Below, piece after piece: positions 56,722 to 64,000 of a DNA stretch of 64,000 nucleotides (position 1 is its first letter; the number at the start of each line of letters is the position of its first letter). Both the position numbers and the translations under genes were made by a program. Under the pieces are notes generated by a model that ran no database searches, had not been told where the DNA came from, and worked only from the letters and a program-made list of their open reading frames with translations. The stretch spans positions 11,062 through 75,061 of the forward strand of contig MFUM01000008.1 in NCBI GenBank assembly GCA_001786955.1. The letters are read 5' to 3'. Source of the stretch: Candidatus Nomurabacteria bacterium RIFCSPHIGHO2_12_FULL_42_19. Its GTDB lineage: Bacteria > Patescibacteriota > Minisyncoccia > Phycocordibacterales > UBA9973.

Positions 56722-57315
56722 ATGCTTCCTGAACAAATTATTTATCTTACTTTTGCCTTTTACATCCCCGGGTATTATTTTTATCTGCGGGATATTGTCT
56801 ACGGACAAAACAAACCGAATTTAATTTCCTGGTTTTTTTGGATGTTGGGCCCGTTCCTTGGTGCTTTTTTTCAATTTAAGGCGGGGGCGGGATTGGTTGC
56901 GCTCCCTACTTTTATGGCGGGTTTTGGCCCGCTTGTAGTAGTCCTTTTTTTTATTTGGCACAAAAATGCATACTGGAAATTAACGGTTTTTGATATTTTT
57001 TGCGGAGTGTTTTCGTTATTAGCATTGATATTATATACAATAACACACAACTTGGTCGTTTCGATTATTTTTGCCATTTTGAGCGATTTCTTTGCCGCTA
57101 TTCCAACCTTTACAAAATCCTGGAAGTTTCCGGAAAACGAATCGCCCCAACCATATATAATCGGTCTGGCTACTAATATGTTCGGTTTATTAATCGTAAA
57201 AAACTGGATTTTCTCCTTTTATTCTTTCGGGATTTATCTCATACTCCTCAATCTGGTAATGACGTTTTTTATCTATCGTAAAAAGATTTTAAAAACTACT
57301 TCAATTTCTTCCTGA
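56722..57315 (+). CDS. Multi-pass membrane protein, hypothetical
   Basis: About 7 hydrophobic segments; KPNLISWFFW and IPTFTKSWKFPENE motifs. Confidence 0.75.
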   Translation: MLPEQIIYLTFAFYIPGYYFYLRDIVYGQNKPNLISWFFWMLGPFLGAFFQFKAGAGLVALPTFMAGFGPLVVVLFFIWHKNAYWKLTVFDIFCGVFSLLALILYTITHNLVVSIIFAILSDFFAAIPTFTKSWKFPENESPQPYIIGLATNMFGLLIVKNWIFSFYSFGIYLILLNLVMTFFIYRKKILKTTSISS

Positions 57316-58186
57316 ATTTATTTGTCATGATTTTATAGCAGAGCAGGGCAGCGCCGAATTCGGTAAGGACTGACCCGGATATCGTGGAGACTTCCACGAT
57401 ATCCGCGCCGATTACGTTTTTTTCCCGGAACAATTTTTCTATCAGATTGAGCGTATAATTCCAGTCCAGTCCTCCCTGTACCGGCGTGCCGGTGCCGGGC
57501 ATAAAACCGGGATCTATGCCATCCACATCCAGAGATAAATAAACCTTTTTTGTTTTAATGGATTTTACAATATCGCCGATTTTGGGAATTTTGTTGTCCT
57601 TGGTCCAGGGAAATACTTTTATTGTTTTTTTATTTTTTTGCCAAAAATTATATTCATATTTGGAAAAAGTTCGGATGCCGACCTGGACAATGGGAAAACC
57701 AATATCATGCGCCCTGCGCATTGTGCAGGAATGGGCGTATTTTGTAATATGGTCGCTATAATCACTGTTGTCTTCTCGCAAATCCTGATGAGCGTCTATT
57801 TGGAAAATAGTGATATCTTCCGGATTTTCTTTTTTTAGGATTGCGTCCAATGCGCCGAGCGCCACTGTATGCTCGCCGCCAAGCATGATTACAAATTTTT
57901 TATCACTGAATAGTTTCTCATATTCGGAACTTATTTTCTTGATTGCTTTTTCCGGAATAAGTTTTTTAAGGCCGGATATTTCCCTGTGAGCGGTTTTTAT
58001 TTTTTTTGCCGGCTCGCACAATAAATCGGTATCAAAAAGCTCCAAATTTTCATTAAGAATTTTCAGTATTTTTTGGGGTGCTTTCGCGGTTCCTCCCATA
58101 AAAGAAACACCCCCCTCATAGGGAGCACTTAGTATCACAATGTCGGCTTTTTTTGCATCTTTTGTATTTATGACAGTATCTATCAT
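57296..58186 (-). CDS. speB: Agmatinase (ureohydrolase family)
   Basis: LGGEHT, IDAHQDLR, SLDVDGIDP..MPGTGTPVQGG, GADIVE. Confidence 0.88.
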   Translation of the reverse strand: MIDTVINTKDAKKADIVILSAPYEGGVSFMGGTAKAPQKILKILNENLELFDTDLLCEPAKKIKTAHREISGLKKLIPEKAIKKISSEYEKLFSDKKFVIMLGGEHTVALGALDAILKKENPEDITIFQIDAHQDLREDNSDYSDHITKYAHSCTMRRAHDIGFPIVQVGIRTFSKYEYNFWQKNKKTIKVFPWTKDNKIPKIGDIVKSIKTKKVYLSLDVDGIDPGFMPGTGTPVQGGLDWNYTLNLIEKLFREKNVIGADIVEVSTISGSVLTEFGAALLCYKIMTNKFRKKLK

Positions 58187-58224
58187 AAAATATATGTTAT
58201 CAGTTTTCAGTTTTTATGCAAATT

Positions 58225-59643
58225 TCAGATTTTCTTTTTTGTAAAAGTGGTTCCTGTTGCTGTATTTTTTACTTCATATTCCCACTTTTTTTCTATTTTT
58301 TCTCTTATTCTATCAGATTCTTTGAAGTTTTTATTTTTACGAGCCTCCTCTATTTTTTCGCCTAACTTCAATATTTCCTCCGGAATTATTTCTTCTTTTA
58401 AATCTGCAAAACCAAGTCCAAATATTTTATCAAAATCCAGAATTGTCGCTTTTTTGTCGGCATTTGAGATATTTTCGTCTTTGAATACATCCCACAACAG
58501 CGACAATGCCCGTGGCGTATCCAGGTCGTCCTCCAGGAATTCTTTGAACTTATTTTGATATTCCTGGTGAATGTGTCCAACCTGCCCCGTCCTTGGCGGG
58601 GTCTCGTTTTCCAGGTCCAAATAGAGCCCATATAGGCGTTTTAAGGCTGTTTCTGCGCCCTCCAGGGCTTCCCAGACAAAGTTTACTTTAGTGCGGTAGT
58701 TTGCCATTAATAGCCAAAAACGGTAGGTTGCAGGGCTGATATTCTTAACAGCCAAACTTTCCAGTCTCAGAAAATTGTTTTCTGATTTTGACATTTTTAC
58801 GCCGCCAGTATCAACAAATTCACTGTGCATCCAAAACCTGACGAAAGGTTTTTTACCGGTTGCGCATTCCGACTGGGCTATTTCATTAGTGTGATGCGTG
58901 GGAATAAGGTCAATGCCCCCCGTGTGAATATCAAATTGTTCGCCTAAAAATTTCATGCCCATGGCAGAACATTCTATATGCCAGCCCGGAAAGCCTTTGC
59001 CCCATGGAGATTCAAAACCGATTTTTGAATTAAATTTCCAAAGCGCGAAATCTTCCGAGTTTATCTTTTCTGAATTTTCAATAATTCTTGACCTGGATTC
59101 CTCTCGATTTTTAGCAACTCCCCACAATATTCCATAATCAGGCATTTTTGAAGTATTAAAATAAATTCCATCGCTTATTTTGTATGTATATCCTTTTTCT
59201 TCCAACTTCTGCACAAGTTCTATATCTTCTTTCACATAATCGCTTGCATAATAAATATTCTCCGGTATTTCAATGTTTAATGCCTGCAAATCCTCTTTAA
59301 ATTTTTCTGTATAAAATTCTGCCATCTCCCGCATATTTTTGAGCGTGAATTCTTTGCCTTCGCGCAAAAGGCCTTTCGTCATTTTATCTTCTCCCGAATC
59401 CGCATCGCTGGAAAGATGCCCGATGTCGGTAATATTCATTACTCGCCTGACTTTATATCCGCTATATTCTAAAGTTTTTTGCAAAATATCGGCAAAGACA
59501 TAGGCTCGTAAATTGCCAATGTGGGCATAATCATAAACCGTCGGTCCGCAGGAATAAAAACTTACGTCCGGCGGATTAATCGGGGCAAAAATTTCTTTTT
59601 TCCGCGAGAGTGTATTATAAAATTGGATTTTGCTTGAATTCAT
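58225..59643 (-). CDS. cysS: Cysteine--tRNA ligase
   Basis: CGPTVY..AHIGN, PGWHIECSAM, DIHTGG, KMSKS. Confidence 0.97.
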   Translation of the reverse strand: MNSSKIQFYNTLSRKKEIFAPINPPDVSFYSCGPTVYDYAHIGNLRAYVFADILQKTLEYSGYKVRRVMNITDIGHLSSDADSGEDKMTKGLLREGKEFTLKNMREMAEFYTEKFKEDLQALNIEIPENIYYASDYVKEDIELVQKLEEKGYTYKISDGIYFNTSKMPDYGILWGVAKNREESRSRIIENSEKINSEDFALWKFNSKIGFESPWGKGFPGWHIECSAMGMKFLGEQFDIHTGGIDLIPTHHTNEIAQSECATGKKPFVRFWMHSEFVDTGGVKMSKSENNFLRLESLAVKNISPATYRFWLLMANYRTKVNFVWEALEGAETALKRLYGLYLDLENETPPRTGQVGHIHQEYQNKFKEFLEDDLDTPRALSLLWDVFKDENISNADKKATILDFDKIFGLGFADLKEEIIPEEILKLGEKIEEARKNKNFKESDRIREKIEKKWEYEVKNTATGTTFTKKKI

Positions 59644-60637
59644 TTCTATATATGGAAATCAAAGTGTAAAGCAGACTTATAACCAAAGGCCCGACCAGGA
59701 TTCCAACCGGACCCAGGAGCGACAATCCGCCCAGCACCGCAAAAAGAATGAGGAGCGGAGGCACATTAGTTTTCTCGGAGATTATGAGCGGGCTTAAAAA
59801 GTTGTCCACCATTCCTACCATAATAACAGACCAGATTAAGAGGCCGATAGCGGGTGCGGCGTTTCCCGCGATAAAGAGAAAAACAATTGCCGGAACCGAG
59901 ACTAGGGCAGTTCCGATGGTTGGCAGAAGAGAAGCGACAGCGGCCACGATACCCCAAAGCGCGCTGTTTGGTATGCCGAAAATCCAAAGCCCGATACCCA
60001 TAAGCACGCCCTGAACGAGGGCGATAAAAAGACTTCCTTTTATCACGCTGTTGATAGCTTGTCTTAATCTCATGATTATTTTTTCATCATCACGGTCGGA
60101 AAGGGGACTAAGCACGACGATAGCCCTTCTCCATTGAGCTCCGTCTTTCAGGAAATAAAAAATAATCAGCAGCATTAACAGAAATGAAAAGAAAGCGGAA
60201 ATAGTGCTGCTGAATATACTGGCTATGTTTTGCGAGACAAAAGAAATAAAATCCGTTGCTTTTTCGTTTGCATCAAAAACTATGCCCTCCGGCAATATAT
60301 TATTAATTTTATTGCTTATGGAATTCATAAATGGCCCTACGCTCCCATTATCAACAACAACATGATAAACGTCCTGGCTTTGGTTGAAAATTATAACGCC
60401 GATGCCCAAAAGCGGCCCGCAAAGTATTATTACAAAAATAAAAACAGTTACGAGCGAAGAAAGCCAGTGGGGCAGACGTCTCTTATTCAGCCATTCATAA
60501 AAAGGATAAAAAACAATGGAAAAGGAAATGCCCAATACCAGTATTGTCCAAAAGGGCCGGAATATCAGGAAAGTAAAAATTAGAGTGGCGAGCAATAGCC
60601 CGAAGAAAAAATACTTCTCAATAATTTTTGTTTGCAT
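59615..60637 (-). CDS. AI-2E family transporter
   Basis: About 8 TM segments, YFLKDG, LPTIGTALV, VDNFLSP, GPVGILVGP. Confidence 0.9.
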   Translation of the reverse strand: MQTKIIEKYFFFGLLLATLIFTFLIFRPFWTILVLGISFSIVFYPFYEWLNKRRLPHWLSSLVTVFIFVIILCGPLLGIGVIIFNQSQDVYHVVVDNGSVGPFMNSISNKINNILPEGIVFDANEKATDFISFVSQNIASIFSSTISAFFSFLLMLLIIFYFLKDGAQWRRAIVVLSPLSDRDDEKIIMRLRQAINSVIKGSLFIALVQGVLMGIGLWIFGIPNSALWGIVAAVASLLPTIGTALVSVPAIVFLFIAGNAAPAIGLLIWSVIMVGMVDNFLSPLIISEKTNVPPLLILFAVLGGLSLLGPVGILVGPLVISLLYTLISIYRNEFKQNPIL

Positions 60638-60696
60638 AGGAGCTATTATAGCAAAAACCTTGCTTTTTTACAAAAATTCATATAATATAGGCCGAT

Positions 60697-61023
60697 ATGA
60701 GCAAAGAAGAATTTGCAATAATACAAACTGGCGGAAAGCAATACAAGGTCTCCAAAGGGAGCCTTGTTTCCATTGAAAAAATAAAGGGGGAGTATACCAA
60801 AGGAGATAAAATTTCTTTTGACAAAGTTTTGCTCGTTGATGACGGCAAAGACACAACTATTGGCACACCTTATATAAAAGGCGCAAAAGTAGATGCGGAA
60901 ATCGTAGAAATCGGCCGTTCCAGAAAAATTATGGTTATAAAATATAAACAAAAATCCCGTTATCTTCGCCGCAACGGCCACCGCCAGCCATTCTTTAGAG
61001 TAAAGATTACCTCTATAAAATAA
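60697..61023 (+). CDS. rplU: 50S ribosomal protein L21
   Basis: FAIIQTGGKQYKV, GTPYI.GAKV, GHRQ. Confidence 0.98.
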   Translation: MSKEEFAIIQTGGKQYKVSKGSLVSIEKIKGEYTKGDKISFDKVLLVDDGKDTTIGTPYIKGAKVDAEIVEIGRSRKIMVIKYKQKSRYLRRNGHRQPFFRVKITSIK

Positions 61024-61051
61024 AAAACGAAGGTTGGTCCTTCGTTTTTTA
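61021..61051. terminator. Bidirectional intrinsic terminator
   Basis: AAAAAACGAAGG-TTGGT-CCTTCGTTTTTT between convergent genes. Confidence 0.85.
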
Positions 61052-62017
61052 TTTGAACAATTTGCTCAACTTTCTTTCAATAGGTGTTAATTTTTTTTCT
61101 GCCTCCAAAAGATGTCCAATTGATACTTTTGTTAAAAATTGCTCAGATAATTTGTTATCAATATAGTATTCTATTCCATGAAGCACAATACCCAGAACAT
61201 AATAATGAAGCATATTTATAAGTTCAATTTTTTCTTTTTTACTTAATTTTCTGGTGCCAGTATATCCTAGATAAAATTGTTTCATCTTTTTTAGATTAAA
61301 TTCATTGTTTTCATAGCTATACCAAATAAGTGCGCCAGCTAAATCAAGGATTAAGGGTCCATTATATGAATTATCAAAATCAACAACGCCAGTTAATTTT
61401 CCATTATGGAATAAAACATTTTCAGGTCTGATATCAAGGTGCATCGCGCCGTCCGGCAATAATTTATCTATTTTGTATTTAAATGCATTTTTTTCTATAT
61501 ACGTGATAGCATTTTTTATTTTTTTATTTATTATAAAGTTTCTCGCCCGAAGTACGTGATTCATTTTTGAATGCGTAATACCATATAATTCATTTCTTTT
61601 TATCTTTGAGTGAAAATTTCTTGTCTGGAGATGAAGTTTTGCCAAAAATTTTCCGACAGCAGATGAAATTTTGTGATTTATATTCTCTGTCTTTTTCCCT
61701 GGCAGATAGGGATAGAGTAATATTTGATGTTTTTTATACATCACCAAAAATTTACCGTTTCTTGCTTTTAGGGGCTTGGGAATCGGAAGATTTTTTATTT
61801 TATTTAATAGTTCAACTTCATAATTAACCCGATAAGGGTTGTTGCGTATAACAATTTTTAAAACGAAATTACCTTTCGTTGTTTTTATTTTATAAACAAC
61901 ATTTGCTACTCCGCCTTCAAGTTTTTTAAAATTAAGAACCCTGCCTATATTAGGATAGTGGCTTAAATGTTTTTCCAAACTTTCTTCGGTGAAAGTTGGG
62001 GACTTCAAGATATTCAT
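61049..62017 (-). CDS. Aminoglycoside phosphotransferase / homoserine kinase type II-like kinase
   Basis: GGVANVVY, FVLK, LAKLH, HLDIRPENVLF, VVDFD. Confidence 0.85.
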   Translation of the reverse strand: MNILKSPTFTEESLEKHLSHYPNIGRVLNFKKLEGGVANVVYKIKTTKGNFVLKIVIRNNPYRVNYEVELLNKIKNLPIPKPLKARNGKFLVMYKKHQILLYPYLPGKKTENINHKISSAVGKFLAKLHLQTRNFHSKIKRNELYGITHSKMNHVLRARNFIINKKIKNAITYIEKNAFKYKIDKLLPDGAMHLDIRPENVLFHNGKLTGVVDFDNSYNGPLILDLAGALIWYSYENNEFNLKKMKQFYLGYTGTRKLSKKEKIELINMLHYYVLGIVLHGIEYYIDNKLSEQFLTKVSIGHLLEAEKKLTPIERKLSKLFK

Positions 62018-62018
62018 T

Positions 62019-62630
62019 TTATTGTCTATTTTTGAGGGCATTTTTGAGCGTGTCGTTGTCCGAATATTCCAACTCGGTGCCGGTAGAGAGGCCCTTGCCG
62101 AGGGAGGAGATTTTGATGTTTAATTTTTCCGCAACTTCTTTCAATTGGGTTCGCACATAAGAGTCAGTATGGTCGCCTTGGGGGCTTAGGGAAAAAGCCA
62201 GAATAATTTCTTTCAAATTTTTTTCTTTTTTAACTCTCTCCTTTAATTCTTCAATCCGGACCCGGCTTTTGGTGTTTTTTTCCACAATCGGCACCAGTCC
62301 GCCCAAGATAAAATATTTGCCGTGATAAACTCTGCTCTTTCGGATGCTTTCCAAATCCGAATCTTTTTCCACAGCCATCAGCAAGCTGTTGTCGGTATTC
62401 GGATTTCTGCAAATTTCACACAACTTTTCTTTTTTATTGTTTAAAATAAAAAACCTAAAACATTCTCCACATTGGGCTACTTCTTTTTTCAATTCCACTA
62501 TTAAACCGGATAAATTTTCGGAATAAGCCGGAGTTCTGGACATTAAAAAATAAACGAAGCGCCGCGCCTGCCTTTCCCCGATACCGGGAAATTCCTTAAA
62601 AATTTCGGTTAATTTGTCTATGATATCCAT
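62019..62630 (-). CDS. recR: Recombination protein RecR
   Basis: FPGIGERQARR HhH motif, CGEC..CEIC zinc finger, TOPRIM VEK..D, GTELEY.D..TL..AL..R. Confidence 0.93.
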   Translation of the reverse strand: MDIIDKLTEIFKEFPGIGERQARRFVYFLMSRTPAYSENLSGLIVELKKEVAQCGECFRFFILNNKKEKLCEICRNPNTDNSLLMAVEKDSDLESIRKSRVYHGKYFILGGLVPIVEKNTKSRVRIEELKERVKKEKNLKEIILAFSLSPQGDHTDSYVRTQLKEVAEKLNIKISSLGKGLSTGTELEYSDNDTLKNALKNRQ

Positions 62631-62645
62631 AATTTATATTATATA

Positions 62646-62697
62646 CCCCCTCCGCCTCTGGCACCTCCCCCTATGTAGGGGGAGGATGGGAGGGGGT
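62646..62697. repeat. Intergenic CCCC/GGGG hairpin element
   Basis: CCCCCTCC...CCTCCCCCTATGTAGGGGGAGG..GGAGGGGG; related elements at 12079-12112 and 53210-53246. Confidence 0.75.
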
Positions 62698-62700
62698 AAT

Positions 62701-64000
62701 TTAGAATTCATCCAGATCGCCTTTTATTTTTGACGGGGCAAATTCGCTGACATTGCTTTTTTCAAGATTCAGAAATGTCGTGGTTTTTTCGTCAAAATAA
62801 AGTTCGATTTTTCCCGTCGGGCCGTTGCGATGCTTTTCAATCAGAATCTCGGCGATATTTGTTTTTTCCGATTCGTTTTTGCCTTTATCCTCACGATGGA
62901 TAAACATCACGACATCCGCGTCCTGCTCGATGGAACCAGAATCGCGCAGGTCGGAAAGCCGGGGCTTGCCGCCTCTTGACTCTACCGCGCGGGAAAGCTG
63001 CGAAAGCGCGAGCACCGGCACATCCAGTTCTTTCGCCAAGCTCTTCAACGATCTTGAAATCTCCGTCACTTGGTTGACCATTGAATCATAATTTTTTGAA
63101 GTAGTCATCAACTGCAGGTAATCCACCACGATTAAGTCAAGCCCTTTTTCGGCTTTTAGCCGGCGGGAAAGAGCCTTCATCCGAACAATTGAATTTCCGG
63201 GCTGGTCGTCAATATAAATTTTAGCTTTAGCCAGCTTGTCCAGCGAATCCCGGAGCATTGAAAATTCCCGGTCGGAAGACAGGCGCCCGGTGCGGAGGTT
63301 CCAAGCATTTACCCGGCTTTCCGCAGAAAGCATACGGTCCACCAATTGCTGGGAAGACATTTCCAGGGAAAATATTACTACCGATTTTTCATGCAGGACT
63401 CCGGACATGCGCGCGATGTCAAGAGCCAGCGTAGTCTTGCCCATGCTTGGCCGCGCGGCAATAATAATCAAATCGGATTTCTGCAAACCGGAAAGCATCA
63501 CATCCAAATCCTTGAATCCGGTTGCCAGCCCGCGGAGCATTCCCTTATTTTCGTGCAATTTTTCCAGGCGCTCGTAAGCCTCGGGCAGGGCATCTTTTAA
63601 ATTTACATATTTTTGGTTCTTGGGAGACGAGACGACGCTGAATATTTTCTTTTCCGCCATATCCAGGATGTCATCCATGTGGTCGTCGCTTTCTTCAAAA
63701 GCGAGTTCCGATACATAATCCGCTGCTTCAATCAGGCTCCGGAGGACATATTTCTTTTGCACGATGTCGGCATAATGCCTGACATTGGCGGAAGAGGGAA
63801 CGATATTTACAATCTCGGCAAGATATTGATTGCCTCCGACGCTATCGAGCAACTTCTGTTCACTTAGTTTGGTGGAGAGCGAAAGCATATCTATCGGTTC
63901 GTTTTTTATAGATAGGTCAAGCATTGCCCGAAAAATCATCTTATGCTTTTCAACATAAAAAGAATCCGGGCCGAGCATGTCTTCAACCTCGTGCATTGCG
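62701..64000 (-). CDS. dnaB: Replicative DNA helicase (5' end outside the window)
   Basis: AARPSMGKT, FSLEMS, VVDYLQLM, LSQLSR, SDLRDSGSIEQDAD, KHRNGPTG. Confidence 0.98.
   Translation of the reverse strand, partial: AMHEVEDMLGPDSFYVEKHKMIFRAMLDLSIKNEPIDMLSLSTKLSEQKLLDSVGGNQYLAEIVNIVPSSANVRHYADIVQKKYVLRSLIEAADYVSELAFEESDDHMDDILDMAEKKIFSVVSSPKNQKYVNLKDALPEAYERLEKLHENKGMLRGLATGFKDLDVMLSGLQKSDLIIIAARPSMGKTTLALDIARMSGVLHEKSVVIFSLEMSSQQLVDRMLSAESRVNAWNLRTGRLSSDREFSMLRDSLDKLAKAKIYIDDQPGNSIVRMKALSRRLKAEKGLDLIVVDYLQLMTTSKNYDSMVNQVTEISRSLKSLAKELDVPVLALSQLSRAVESRGGKPRLSDLRDSGSIEQDADVVMFIHREDKGKNESEKTNIAEILIEKHRNGPTGKIELYFDEKTTTFLNLEKSNVSEFAPSKIKGDLDEF

Noticed and set aside
1-64000. Alternative genetic code (UGA=Gly, as in Gracilibacteria/Absconditabacteria)
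   Set aside because: Conserved genes are full length under the standard code, and TGA ends genes such as mnmA and cysS at the expected positions.

Overview
This looks like a chromosomal window from a CPR/Patescibacteria (Parcubacteria-like) bacterium. That assignment is inferred from the gene set: VirB2-like pilin array, short AlaRS/IF2/L13, PaaX-like gene and FtsA-like plus neighbouring gene pair. Housekeeping content includes rpsA, gyrA, rbfA, infB, iscS, clpB, typA, mltG, mnmA, alaS, the infA-rpmJ-rpsM-rpsK-rpsD-rpoA-rplQ-rplM-rpsI cluster, grpE/dnaK/dnaJ, rsmE, speB, cysS, rplU, recR, dnaB and five tRNAs. Four things stand out. (1) Six paralogous 550-590 aa Cys-rich proteins (zinc-ribbon pair / Cys-periodic core / zinc-ribbon pair) lie in two tandem triplets, interleaved with grpE-dnaK-dnaJ and two VirD4/VirB4-like ATPases. 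Three are preceded by an identical 31-bp near-palindrome (one copy inverted), and a relic seventh gene start is broken by an inserted palindrome. (2) Several families of short GC-rich palindromic elements occur intergenically and also in frame inside about a dozen conserved proteins. (3) Many genes have a -10 box 6-8 nt upstream of the ATG, consistent with widespread leaderless mRNAs. (4) tRNA fragments are duplicated and MITE-like elements are repeated. No CRISPR array, rRNA, integrase or transposase was seen. All product calls come from motif recognition by eye; no database search was run.
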